Notes: a model not told the origin generated them from the sequence alone. A stretch of 58,184 nt of DNA, filler included, from Stramenopiles sp. TOSAG23-2 (GCA_900128395.1; 4 parts of 4 records of this genome joined end to end with filler, not necessarily neighbours in it); one strand, 5' to 3'; positions 1 through 11,656 are shown, counted from the first letter of the whole stretch. A program made the numbers and translations.

Positions 1-109
1 CAATGATGAGCCATTCCAGTCCTATTTTCATACTGTATTATTAGAAGACCTGGATAGAGTCGCTCTTGTATACCACAATGCTATGCTTATGCTATTACAC
101 CTCCCTTGC
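1..109. repeat. 109-bp inverted repeat copy (partner 1552-1660)
   Basis: Reverse complement of 1-109 matches 1552-1660 with one mismatch (ctctatcc vs ctccatcc); lies at the probable scaffold start. Confidence 0.9.
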
Positions 110-653
110 TGGTCAATCACCGGTCTCATAGTTATAGAATAGTGGTAGCTAGTTTTGGTGAAAAGTGTTGGTTTTCACAGTTCACAGCTATCATGGTCTT
201 TTCTAGAGAGGATCCGCTCTATAATAGCCTTTTCTTGTACTACTTATACTACACTCTTCCTAAAGTCGTGATCGACCTATCAATACTATACGGTCTCTGG
301 AGTTCAAGTGGAAACTTACCGTCCATCAGAATTGGTTGAATAGAAATGGCATAGAGGCACCTTGAATTGGAAGGGTGTAATTCGTTTTAGAGTCGTTTTT
401 TGTTAATATTTTTGCATATTTGGTGTGTGTATAAAGTCAAGTGAGAGTGTCAGGTACAACGTGAAAAAAGGATTTTATGGGTCTCATCACTATGTTGTAA
501 TATATCTCAAAAGAACATATTAAAGAAGATATGTTTTTTACATTAAAAATGTAAACGCTTTTACACGTCGAATTTTATTACACTCTGCTGATATGTTCTT
601 CTGACACGTATTTAATGACATCAACACTATGATATGCACACATCTCATATTTT

Positions 654-1551
654 TTAAACACCAAGTTTCATTCTTAAAGAATCGGTATAAATCCATTCCA
701 TTGCACGTGCTGGTGATAATAATTTACAATAATGCATACCAGTTGGAAGATATTTGCTATGAACCGGAAAATCGCCTACAACAAATGTCCATGATTGTAC
801 TTCAATATGCGATTGACCATTTTTACCATTGTTAACACGATTGTATACCAATGTCTTTTCAATCCATTGTGGACCTTTTAAACCAATTGGTGCTTCTTTA
901 TCATCCACCATTACAAATGGTTCCCCACTCGCTTCAAAACGTTTTCTTACACTTTCTTCTGCATTATTCAATGCCCATTGCCATGCTTCTTCATTTGCAC
1001 TTCTACACAAAGTATAATTTTTATCCACATTTGATGATGGTTTTAAACCAACTGCTTTGTATAATGTAGTTCGTGATTTCATTTTTGTTCGTAATTCCAA
1101 TGCACTTAATGGAGCACCACTTGTAGTATTTGGAAATAAATTACCAGAACCTGGGAAATTTTCCGTCAACGTAGTTACATTTAAAGTACAACCAGATGGA
1201 TCTCCACATTTATTCCAAATGTGTGGCAAGTGAAATGGGTGCACGTCACTTACACTATGAAATGCATCTGCTGCAATTAATTTAAAACCAACATCTGCAG
1301 CACCACTTACAAGTGGAAATGCATAATCTTCAACCCAATCACTACCACAAATACAAGATGATGATGGTAAAGGTGATGGTGGCTTTGCAGGACCAGGTGG
1401 TAATGAAAAATCAGGATATTTTGGATAATTACACTTTGAATTTGTTGGGAAATCACTATTACAAACATCTTGTCCAGTATGCGATGAACCTTCAAGTTGT
1501 AATGCTTTTAAGACCGGGCCAGCTAATTTTAATGCCAATGCTTTTGATTCT
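654..1551 (-). CDS. C-terminal part of a conserved uncharacterised protein (possibly alpha/beta-hydrolase-associated), 5' truncated
   Basis: Long Cys/Pro-rich ORF 654-1607 ending in MHYCKLLSPARAMEWIYTDSLR; its first ~18 codons lie inside the inverted repeat, so the true N-terminus is probably missing. Confidence 0.6.
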
Positions 1552-2003
1552 GCAAGGGAGGTGTAATAGCATAAGCATAGCATTGTGGTATACAAGAGCG
1601 ACTCCATCCAGGTCTTCTAATAATACAGTATGAAAATAGGACTGGAATGGCTCATCATTGATAAAATAGAACAACACCCAACACCAAAATAATGAATGAA
1701 TGAAAAAGAAATCATTTTAGAACTAAAAACATTGAATGACGGACGACAGAGAGAAAAGATATCAAAACGATATAGGAAAAGTAACTTGAAACAACAAATA
1801 CAATCAAACGTTATTTTATTCTTTTTTCTTTTTATTGATATCATTGTTATTTGACAACGAATATTGCAATATACATATATATATATAGATAGATAGATAG
1901 ATATCTATTATATAATATAGTCTAATTGTTTCATTAATAATTATTTCAATTAAATACGAGAAGCTTATAAACAAATCAAAAAAAACAAAGAATAATTATC
2001 AAC

Positions 2004-4247
2004 ATGGCATCTTCTACTAAAGAGATTATACCGTTGGAAAAAGGATGGAAAGATATCATACAGATGTTAGGGTTGTTAACAGAGATGATGAAGAACGATT
2101 TTGATCAGAATAAAGGTCGTGCCTTTGATAATAAACAATATATGGAAGTATACAATAGTGTATATAATATGTGTACACAGCGTACACCCCACAATTGGTC
2201 CGCACCACTGTATGAAAGACATGGTGACTTTACACGTGAATATTTGACGAAAGAAGTATTGGCGTCGTTAAAGGCCACATCTAACACTCATATTTTAGAA
2301 CAACTTGAGCGTCGTTGGGGACATCATAAAATCATGGTGAAATGGATGTCTAAATTCTTCATGTATTTAGACAGATTCTATGTACAACACCACACGGTAC
2401 CTAAATTAAAAGAGTGCGGTATGAACGACTTCAAAAGTATTGTTTATCAAAATATAAAAGCCAATACAACAAAGGAAATCTTAAGTGTCATTCGCAATGA
2501 TCGTGATGGACTAAATATTGATAAAAATTTAATCAAGAAAATCGTTGCTGTATATGAAAGGATGGGAATGGAATCATTGGATACATATACTGCTGATTTG
2601 GAAAAGGCCTTATTGGAAGAAACACGTTTGTACTATAGCCAAAAAGGATTGGAATGGTTGAGTGCATATGATACCCCTAGTTATTTGCAAAAGGCGGAAG
2701 AGGCATTTCAAAAGGAAAGTGATCGTGTGAAAGCATATTTAATTGGTGCTACAGAGAAAAAAATAGCAAAAGTATGTGAAGATGAATTGCTGGAGAAACA
2801 CGAAGAGGCATTGATAACGAAAGAAGGTAGTGGTTGCAAAGCATTGTTGGAAAATAAACGTAATGAACATTTAAGTAGAATGTTTCGTTTATTTAGTAAA
2901 ATTCCCAATGGTTTGGAGCCAATTGCTAAATTAGTCAGAGAACATATTGAGGAGAAAGGAAAGGAGATCGTCGATGCCCGTGCAAGTCAAGTGAAGGAGG
3001 CTGGTAAAGACAATGCGAACGATCCAACATTCGTGAAAGCTTTGATGAAATTGCATGATCATTTCAATGCAACAGTTGAAAATCAATTTTGTCAAAACCC
3101 ATTGTTTCAAAAGGCTATGAAAGAAGCATTTGAAGTGTTTATAAACAATGATGTCGGGGACCATACAAATGCAGAAATGTTAGCGTCGTATTGTGATCGT
3201 TTTTTGAAAACTGGTGGGGAACGAATGACGGAAGAGCAAGTCGAGCAAGAGTTGGAAAAAGTAGTACAATTATTTACATATTTACAAGACAAAGATTTAT
3301 TTGCTGAAATTTATCGTAATTTACTTGCAAAGCGTTTATTAAATAAACGTAGTGCTAGTGACGATGCGGAAAAAAGTATGATTTCCATGTTGAAATTACG
3401 TTGTGGTTCACAATTCACACAAAAAATGGAAGGGATGATCAGCGATTTAGCAATTGGGAAAGAACATTTATTAAAATTTAAACAATTCCGTGAAACTGAT
3501 GAAAGCAAGAATGAGATTGATTTCTCCGTGCAAGTTTTAACCACTGGTTATTGGCCGACGTATGTAGCGATGGATTTAACAATGCCAAATAATATGCAAC
3601 AATGCCTTGATGGATTTGCAAAATATTACGATAAAGATACAAATCACAGACGATTGACCTGGGTATATAGTCTTGGAGGTTGTAATGTACGTATGAAATG
3701 TGGTAAAAGTTCTTATGATTTATCGGTAACGACCTTGCAAGCAGCATTATTAAATATGTTTTCTGATTTTGATGGGACGTATTCATTTGATGAAATAACT
3801 GCAGGCTTAAATTTAACGCATAAAGATCCGGCACAAGCAAAATTAATTGTTAAAAAAATTTTACACTCACTTAGTTGTGGAAAACATAAAGTTTTAAGGA
3901 AAGATCCAAAGTCAAAAAAGATTGAAACTACTGATAAATTTTCAGTCAATGCTAAATTTAAAGCGAAGCAAAAACGTTTGCGTATTCCAATGGCATCCTT
4001 GGAAAGTTCACACAATGCAAAAAAAGTTGAAGAGGATAGGACCCATACTATTGAAGCTGCAATTGTACGTATTATGAAAGCTAGGGGTGAATTGAAACAT
4101 AATGATTTAATGGCAGAAGTCATTAAACAATTAAGCTTTTTCAAACCAAGGCTTAAAGTTGTTAAACGATGTATTGAAAAGTTAATTGAACGTGAATTTT
4201 TGGAACGTCATTCTGAGAAGCCAGGTCATTATCGTTACTTAGCATAA
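2004..4247 (+). CDS. CUL1: Cullin (plant/stramenopile CUL1-like) E3 ligase scaffold
   Basis: 747 aa; YNMCTQ N-terminal motif, DKDLFAEIYRNLLAKRLL, VLTTGYWP, C-terminal neddylation domain IEAAIVRIMKAR...IEKLIEREFLER. Confidence 0.93.
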   Translation: MASSTKEIIPLEKGWKDIIQMLGLLTEMMKNDFDQNKGRAFDNKQYMEVYNSVYNMCTQRTPHNWSAPLYERHGDFTREYLTKEVLASLKATSNTHILEQLERRWGHHKIMVKWMSKFFMYLDRFYVQHHTVPKLKECGMNDFKSIVYQNIKANTTKEILSVIRNDRDGLNIDKNLIKKIVAVYERMGMESLDTYTADLEKALLEETRLYYSQKGLEWLSAYDTPSYLQKAEEAFQKESDRVKAYLIGATEKKIAKVCEDELLEKHEEALITKEGSGCKALLENKRNEHLSRMFRLFSKIPNGLEPIAKLVREHIEEKGKEIVDARASQVKEAGKDNANDPTFVKALMKLHDHFNATVENQFCQNPLFQKAMKEAFEVFINNDVGDHTNAEMLASYCDRFLKTGGERMTEEQVEQELEKVVQLFTYLQDKDLFAEIYRNLLAKRLLNKRSASDDAEKSMISMLKLRCGSQFTQKMEGMISDLAIGKEHLLKFKQFRETDESKNEIDFSVQVLTTGYWPTYVAMDLTMPNNMQQCLDGFAKYYDKDTNHRRLTWVYSLGGCNVRMKCGKSSYDLSVTTLQAALLNMFSDFDGTYSFDEITAGLNLTHKDPAQAKLIVKKILHSLSCGKHKVLRKDPKSKKIETTDKFSVNAKFKAKQKRLRIPMASLESSHNAKKVEEDRTHTIEAAIVRIMKARGELKHNDLMAEVIKQLSFFKPRLKVVKRCIEKLIEREFLERHSEKPGHYRYLA

Positions 4248-4730
4248 TTTTTTAATATGGGCAAATACCATAATATATAATGTAATATATCGCCATGACA
4301 ATCAGACACACTTGTTCTTATAATACGCGCGTATTATTAAACGTGTGTAAACATAAAAAGAAAAGGCATTTAATTGATATTTTGAGATAAAAACGTGAGT
4401 GCGAGGGAGGAGAAAAGAAAATTTTATAAAAAATGTTTTTTCAGATATATCATAATAAAAATATACTCTCTAGAATATTTATATCATTTTATTTTAAAAT
4501 ATTTTATACGAACACGTACGATTCGTACTTCCGTATAAAACACACACGCTTTTGTTTTTTTGTATTTTTAGCTACGTAAAATTTTAACCCACAGATCATT
4601 TTGTATTTTTAAAAAATATTTTAATATTTTTTTATCATTTTGAAATTAAATTATCATATGATACATGCTTATATTATATATATAATATATTAATAATAAA
4701 AAAGAGATATCATACCGTAATTTCACTTTT

Positions 4731-5990
4731 TTACCTTCTACTCCTACTTCTTGATTTTCTTCGTTTACTACTATTTCCTTCCTGGCTATTACTAAATTTA
4801 CTGCTTGTACTTGATTTACCTTTTGTAGTGGTTTCAGTATTGCTAGTCTCATTAGATTCACGTAATTGTGTTAATAATGTACGTGCTAATGCAGCTCGAC
4901 GTTCATCTTTGCGTCTTGGAAATACTGCTGTTTCAACTAAACCGGGTAACATTGCTCCATTTTTACTCTTTAATTGTCTTAATAATACATCTTGCTGCAA
5001 TATAGACGATAACATTTCACTCCATGTGATTGGTTTACTATCCCAACTTTCTATTTCTTTTTCATTGGCTCTAGTCTTATCTAAATCACTATTATCATTT
5101 GCCTCATCGTTTTTTTTCGATAATTCATCTGCTACTATGCGATTCAATGATTTAGTACCATTATTTAATTTTGATGATGGGCTTTTGCCATCCCGTTTCA
5201 ACGAATTTGTATTATCATCCATTTCTTCTTCTTTTTTCTTTTTCATCTTCTGATTGATTAAAGACATAGGTGCTTTCGTTAAAAAAATAGCAGCAGATAT
5301 GACATGGACAGGTGGATATACAACAGATAGTTTTTTCGGTCTATTTTTACTTTCAGCAAGTGCTAATACGATACTACTTGATGCACTAATATCATCGGTT
5401 TTATAACATATTAATCGAATAGCTGTTACAAAGTCTCCTAACGGAACGGTGTCAGGAGTCGTCACGCTACGACTCCGTCGATTAGTATTGGCCATCGCAT
5501 TAAATATAGAACGTATTTCTTTGAAAAATTCATGGTAAAAAAAATAAATCATAACCATTCTTGAAATTGTACCATAGTTATAACCTTCATCTTTCAAGCC
5601 ATTCAAAGCTTCACCTACAACGGATTTAGGAAAATCTGGACATACAAAACATAATAATTGGTGATAATCATCTGGGGTTAAACTTTCAGAATCTGATAAA
5701 TGCGGATAACAATTTCCTAAATGCGATATAAATGCTAAACGATTTCGCTGCGTTGCAGATATATAGGCATATTCCCTGGAACATACATTATCACCATTAA
5801 TAATACTTTTAAAATATTCATAGACGGTAGTTATAGGCCTTTCATCACGCCGTCCTAATACTAATTTTACAGCATCTTTTACATATAAATGCAATTGATG
5901 TTTCTCCACATAATCCTCCGGTGATAGATCTTTTTTCGCGGAACCATCCCCATCCAATGAAACGTTTTCAAACAGTGCAAATTGTGCCAT
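4731..5990 (-). CDS. CSTPP1: CSTPP1/C11orf49-like centriolar-satellite tubulin polyglutamylase complex regulator
   Basis: N-terminal 150 aa resemble C11orf49 as remembered (YVEKHQLHLYVKDAV, REYAYISATQRNRLAF, YHQLLCFVCPDFP); low-complexity C-terminus. Confidence 0.7.
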   Translation of the reverse strand: MAQFALFENVSLDGDGSAKKDLSPEDYVEKHQLHLYVKDAVKLVLGRRDERPITTVYEYFKSIINGDNVCSREYAYISATQRNRLAFISHLGNCYPHLSDSESLTPDDYHQLLCFVCPDFPKSVVGEALNGLKDEGYNYGTISRMVMIYFFYHEFFKEIRSIFNAMANTNRRSRSVTTPDTVPLGDFVTAIRLICYKTDDISASSSIVLALAESKNRPKKLSVVYPPVHVISAAIFLTKAPMSLINQKMKKKKEEEMDDNTNSLKRDGKSPSSKLNNGTKSLNRIVADELSKKNDEANDNSDLDKTRANEKEIESWDSKPITWSEMLSSILQQDVLLRQLKSKNGAMLPGLVETAVFPRRKDERRAALARTLLTQLRESNETSNTETTTKGKSSTSSKFSNSQEGNSSKRRKSRSRSRR

Positions 5991-6399
5991 GGTTGTTTAA
6001 ATTTTTTTAATTAAATCGAAGAGATACATTGATTGATATATCATTCTGTATTATATCATATTCTGTATTATTATTTTGTATTTTATATACAACAAAAATA
6101 TATATATTTTAATTTAATTACACTTTTTTTTGAATTTTAAAAAATTATTAACAAAAAACCTTAAACGTTTTTAGTTTTTTTTGGCAGAGACATTACAGAT
6201 GTACCTGGTATAATACCAAGCCAGCCCAGCCAGCTGGGCCAGCAAGCGGGCAAGAGTAACAAATATATATCGTCAGTTTAAGTTAGTTTATTAATATGTG
6301 GAGGAAAGATTATTTTTTCTTTTCTCTTTCTCTCTTTTGTGAACCATATGATATCATACATTTTATTTTGTTTTAACGTACATATACATATGTGTATTT

Positions 6400-7722
6400 T
6401 TACAACCCTAATAATTCTGCAATTTTGTTTAAAGCACCTTGATCGGATAAAATACCCATATGTGTCACGCCATTAAATGTATTGTATGTGAAATTATATT
6501 TATTTTCCAATAAATCATCTCTCCATACAAGTGCACGTGCTAATGAACGATTTGGTACTGTACCATCTCCATCATTTTCATTAAATACTTCAACAGGTGG
6601 CGGCGCTGATTTTCCCATTTCAATATCTTTAAAATCAACATTATATATATATCCATTCGGTGTTTTCACACCACTCCCTCTTAATACATGTGTGCTTACA
6701 TCTGGTGATTTTGAAAATACATCATCCCCAAGAGTTAATTCCAATAAGTTATTATCCACAGTAAAACTTTTTGCATTATTCAACGAGGGAAAATCACCAA
6801 ACAATTCAATCCAGTCATTACTTGTATAATTTTTACTTTTTGTTCGAACAATTATTTCATTTCCACTCCATAAATTTTTTTGTGGAAATAACCATGGTCC
6901 ACTAGCACATGTACTTTGTACTGGCCAAAAAATGGACTGTTTCACCACAGGGGCATCAAAATTATCACCTGAAACCATTGCTCTTATTGTATTTACACTA
7001 CCACCAAACGGAGGTGAAGTTGGAATGAAATTTGCTAGATATGTATCTTTCCATTCTTTTGTTTGTAATTGAAGAAAATGCAATGCTACTGGACCTCCCA
7101 TACTATGAGTTATAATACTAACACGTTGATTGTTATTTTTTCCATATGTCGTTTCCACTAATTTCTTTAATTTTGCATAATATGGTAATGAATCATCACC
7201 ACTAAATGTTTTCATAGTTGATAAACCATCCGCAGCAAGTCTCCAATCGTATGGTGCGCCTACTAAATTTACTCCAACTTCATAACCGTATTTTGTTGTA
7301 AGTAATTTGATCAACTCGTAATAATATTCTACTTTTTTCAACCCAGGATCAAGATATTGTATACCTCCAACATTACCCCAATCAACGGATCCATCAATGT
7401 CGACTCCCATTGCATTATGATATTGCTTTGTACTTGTATTATATTGTAAAACAATATTATGAAAGAAACAATCAATATTTTCTGGCAATAATTGATGCAA
7501 CGATAACCAAATGCTAAACCATTTATTTTTACTATCTGTCTTACATATCCAATGTGGTTCAACTGCATTGTTTAATCTAGCATTAAAACTACTTCCAGCT
7601 AAACCATTTAAAAGAATAACTGGTGGACGAGCAGTCGTAGAACCAACTACATTGTTCGTAGTAGTACACAAAACAAAAATGGTTATAATTAATAATGTTA
7701 CCGAAGAAGAAGAAAATCTCAT
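6400..7722 (-). CDS. LCAT family / group XV lysosomal phospholipase A2, secreted
   Basis: 440 aa; signal peptide, PVILLNGLAGS, GAPYDWR, nucleophile motif THSMGG, DGDGTVP, catalytic His in VTHMGIL. Confidence 0.92.
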   Translation of the reverse strand: MRFSSSSVTLLIITIFVLCTTTNNVVGSTTARPPVILLNGLAGSSFNARLNNAVEPHWICKTDSKNKWFSIWLSLHQLLPENIDCFFHNIVLQYNTSTKQYHNAMGVDIDGSVDWGNVGGIQYLDPGLKKVEYYYELIKLLTTKYGYEVGVNLVGAPYDWRLAADGLSTMKTFSGDDSLPYYAKLKKLVETTYGKNNNQRVSIITHSMGGPVALHFLQLQTKEWKDTYLANFIPTSPPFGGSVNTIRAMVSGDNFDAPVVKQSIFWPVQSTCASGPWLFPQKNLWSGNEIIVRTKSKNYTSNDWIELFGDFPSLNNAKSFTVDNNLLELTLGDDVFSKSPDVSTHVLRGSGVKTPNGYIYNVDFKDIEMGKSAPPPVEVFNENDGDGTVPNRSLARALVWRDDLLENKYNFTYNTFNGVTHMGILSDQGALNKIAELLGL

Positions 7723-8405
7723 TGTTTTAGACTATCAAATTAATTATTAAAAAAATTTTTTTTCGCTGTTCTTTTGCTATTTTCGTTTGTTTTTGAATAT
7801 ATATATATGTCGCTCTGCTTTTTTTTATTCTTTCTTATATCTTTTTGTCAATGCACACGTAGCTAGTTCATAGATGTCATATGTCTATATAGTAAAGTTT
7901 GATAAATTTTTTTTCAACTCTGTGTTCTTCGAATAGCACAATACCCAAGTTACAATATATAGAAGTTATAATAATATGATGACGTATGCACTAATTACAC
8001 TATAATAGTACCAGGTATAATACCAACATGATATTGAAATTCTTGATTTTTTTTTAAGTTCCAGCCGCCTCCCAGACCTCAAATGCACGATTTTGTCCTT
8101 GATGTCATAGTGTCGATTGATCCAAGTATACAATATTCCTATCACAATCTCAAAAAATACATAATATAGACACAGCCCTAAAATTGTGAAAACCAGAAAA
8201 AGGAGATGTGCAGATTGCCTGGATTGATGCGCGTACACATTTTACTTGTACATTTTAGCACTTTACTAATAAATATATAAGTTATAGTTGATACGGCCCT
8301 GGAAGATGTAGAGAGAGAGATATTTGATTAGAGAGAGATCAATGATACATAGTATGAACAACAACCATGAAACATGTCTTTGAAAAAGATGCAACAAATG
8401 CGACA

Positions 8406-8573
8406 ATAAATCCATTGTATATACAAAAAAATACATCTGTAGAAACGACAACAACAGAAACAAATATTAAATTATCCTACCATTGGATTATTTTTCGTGA
8501 TAAATCCATTGTATATACAAAAAAATACATCTGTAGAAACGACAACAACAGAAACAAATATTAAATTATCCTA
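8406..8573. repeat. ~74-bp exact direct repeat with 20-bp spacer
   Basis: ataaatccattgtatatac...aaattatccta at 8406-8479 and 8500-8573. Confidence 0.85.
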
Positions 8574-9081
8574 ATATCACTGATGGCATATCTTGATTTG
8601 TATAATAACAACATCACTAATGCTGGCAAAAACCAAATCTTAGAAGTTTGTAAAAGCTATAAAAACGTAGAACACTGTGCAGTTTAAAAATACCTTCATT
8701 TATTTTAGAATCCAATAAATTATACGAAGTACTTGTTCTACCTTTTTTCTATTGTGTTCTCTTTCCAGTCTATCAACAATCTAAATCAACAATCGCAATC
8801 AATTCTTATGAAATCTAAAGTACGCGAAGACGCAGTACTGATGGTAAGCGAAGAGGCGAGGATCTCGACTAAATCTATAGAGTTGCTGGAATCAAGTGAC
8901 AATAATTCAAAATAATTTATTTCATTTATACTTGATATGGGGAAATTAGAATACCACCGTATATAATTCCAATAAAAGAGTAGCACAGTACATGTACCAG
9001 CGCAAACAGGGAGCTTCTTCTCTCCTCAAAAAATGACATCGAAAAAAAATAAAAACAACTCACGTGCCGCTTTAACAACAT

Positions 9082-9776
9082 TTTTAGCGGATTTTTCTGA
9101 AAACCCTCTCTATACATCTGCTGTGTCCATGTTAATTTTTATAACCACTCACTATTGATTTTGATCAAAAAAGGTAGAGAAACTGTTACGTATTTGATAG
9201 CATTAGGTTTTGTAGTGTCGTTAATTTAAGTATAAAATAATGCACACATGTCACACATATCATCCTCTAAAAAATGCCAAATTCAAATTTAAATAAAAAT
9301 AATCACCAATATGATTACTTTAGATATCTTAGAACAACGCCTGCTTCCTAGTCCATACTTCGATGCATGTTTGGTATGTTTATTTTCGATCATCACCAAA
9401 TCGATTTATTAATTTTGTACTTACTCGTAGTGTTTTGATAGGACATATAAATATCGGGTTGATAATGATCGAAAATAAACATACCAAACATGCATCGAAG
9501 TATGGACTAGGGAGCAGGCGTTGTTCTAAGATATCTAAAGTAATCATATTGGTGATTATTTTTATTTAAATTTGAATTTGGCATTTTTTAGAGGATGATA
9601 TGTGTGACATGTGTGCATTATTTTATACTTAAATTAACGACACTACAAAACCTAATGCTATCAAATACGTAACAGTTTCTCTACCTTTTTTGATCAAAAT
9701 CAATAGTGAGTGGTTATAAAAATTAACATGGACACAGCAGATGTATAGAGAGGGTTTTCAGAAAAACCCGCTAAAA
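9082..9776. repeat. Long palindrome: 312-bp inverted arms (9082-9393 / 9465-9776) with 71-bp spacer
   Basis: Arms are reverse complements with two mismatches seen; extra outer 11-bp inverted pair tcacgtgccgc (9060-9070) / gcggcacgtga (9797-9807). Confidence 0.93.
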
Positions 9777-9998
9777 TTGGTTTGAGGGAAAATAAGGCGG
9801 CACGTGACTAGAACAAAAATCAAAATTATTTTGTAGTAGTTTTATTATTATTCTACTAATTATATACTTTTAATAAAATAGAAAGAAGTAGCTAATTTCA
9901 GAAATAGTGAGAAAACATACACAAACATTTGTGTACGTCTCAGAGATATGTGTTAGTAACGGTGTCATAACTATACATATATATATATCCTTCCATAT

Positions 9999-10030
<32 letters not shown>

Positions 10031-10049
10031 GAAGAAGAAGAAGAAGAAG
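9999..10049 (+). repeat. Compound (ACA)n(AGA)n microsatellite just upstream of the Vps4-like start
   Basis: acaacaaca... followed directly by agaagaaga... Confidence 0.85.
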
Positions 10050-10069
10050 CAAACAATTCAATTTTTTTC

Positions 10070-11656
10070 ATGGCATCAATATCATTTTATATTCAAGGGC
10101 GTAGAGAACTTGAAAAAGCAATAACATTTGATGAAAAGAAAAATTATCAACATGCTGTGACACATTACATACGTTCCATTGAATATCATATTGCTGGTTA
10201 TAAACGAGATAAAAATGTCAATCATCGTAATCAGATTTATGTTAAAATACAATCATATCTTGAGCGTGCGGAAATGGTTAAAACATTGAAATTAAGTATT
10301 GAAGAAGCTACTAAAAATAGTAACAATAATAATACTAATAAAAAAACATCGAACACTAAAAATGATGATTATATTAATTCTCGTAGATTATCAAATAACA
10401 ATAATAATAATACATCAAGCAATGAAGAGAAAATTATGTTTAAAGATATTAAAGGGTTGGAATATTCTAAAATGGCATTATATGAAAGTGTTATATTGCC
10501 GCAAAAACAACCACAAGTGTTTCAAGGTGCACGTAAACCATTTAAAGGAATATTATTATATGGACCACCTGGGACTGGTAAAAGTATGTTGGCCCAAGCA
10601 TTATCTAATGAGGCAAATTGTCATTTTTTAAATATATCAGCATCTGATATTTTTTCAAAAGGTATGGGTGATAGTGAAAAGAATTTACGAAATATCTTTC
10701 AGCTTGCAAGGGAAAAAAGTCCATGTATATTATTTGTTGATGAAGTTGATTCCATTGGACGAAGTCGCCAAGGAGGTAGCAATAGTGATACCGAATCTAC
10801 TAGAAGAGTCAAAACAGAGTTATTAAAGCAATTAGATGGTTTTGAATCGAATGATGGTGTCATGTTTTTGGCTGCTACAAACACACCATGGGAACTTGAT
10901 AGTGCATTACGACGAAGGCTTGAAAAGAGAATATTTACTCCATTGCCAACGTTACGAGCACGTGCGGACATTTTAAAATCATCAATGGGTGATGAGAAAT
11001 GTAATTTAAAAGAAAATGATTATATAAAAATTGCACAAAAATTAGAATGTTATTCAAGTGCTGATTGTGCTTTGGTAGTACGGGAGGCATTGATGGAACC
11101 AATACGTCAATTGTTAAGAAGCGAATATTTTCGAAAAGTACAAAATAATAATAAGAATCGTCGTTCTAATTTTGGTTATATAGCTTGCAATGCTAATGAT
11201 GCAGGTGCAATTAAGATGAATATTTGGACTATAAATCCAGATGAACTCATTACGCCAACTGTTACTCTAAATGATTTCAATAAAGCTGTTGAACGAACGA
11301 AACCTAGTATAAATTTGAATGATTTAAAGCAACATCATGATTTTGCAAAAGAATTTGGTGGGATGCCAGACAAAAGTTTAGAGAAAAAGCTACAAGAAAG
11401 GGAAGATGTTGAATTGGCAAGAATTATGGCACAAAATAATAATAATAATAATAATGGCATATTTCGAAATGTTGTACGAAGTATTTCTGGTTTTTTCGGT
11501 GGTTGGTTGTCTTCTTCAAATAATCATCGTGAAAGTGCAAATAATAATAATACTGAAAAAAATAATACGAAAAGTAACAACGGTTCTAATCATCGTGGTA
11601 GTAGCAGACGTCCTAGTGAAAAAAAGAAACGGCGCGTTGCAGCTCCAGCAATGTAG
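10070..11656 (+). CDS. Vps4-like AAA+ ATPase with N-terminal MIT domain
   Basis: 528 aa; MIT-like helical N-terminus, Walker A GPPGTGKS, Walker B LFVDEVD, RRVKTELL, AATNTPWELDSALRRR, beta-domain and FAKEFG C-terminal helix. Confidence 0.88.
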   Translation: MASISFYIQGRRELEKAITFDEKKNYQHAVTHYIRSIEYHIAGYKRDKNVNHRNQIYVKIQSYLERAEMVKTLKLSIEEATKNSNNNNTNKKTSNTKNDDYINSRRLSNNNNNNTSSNEEKIMFKDIKGLEYSKMALYESVILPQKQPQVFQGARKPFKGILLYGPPGTGKSMLAQALSNEANCHFLNISASDIFSKGMGDSEKNLRNIFQLAREKSPCILFVDEVDSIGRSRQGGSNSDTESTRRVKTELLKQLDGFESNDGVMFLAATNTPWELDSALRRRLEKRIFTPLPTLRARADILKSSMGDEKCNLKENDYIKIAQKLECYSSADCALVVREALMEPIRQLLRSEYFRKVQNNNKNRRSNFGYIACNANDAGAIKMNIWTINPDELITPTVTLNDFNKAVERTKPSINLNDLKQHHDFAKEFGGMPDKSLEKKLQEREDVELARIMAQNNNNNNNGIFRNVVRSISGFFGGWLSSSNNHRESANNNNTEKNNTKSNNGSNHRGSSRRPSEKKKRRVAAPAM

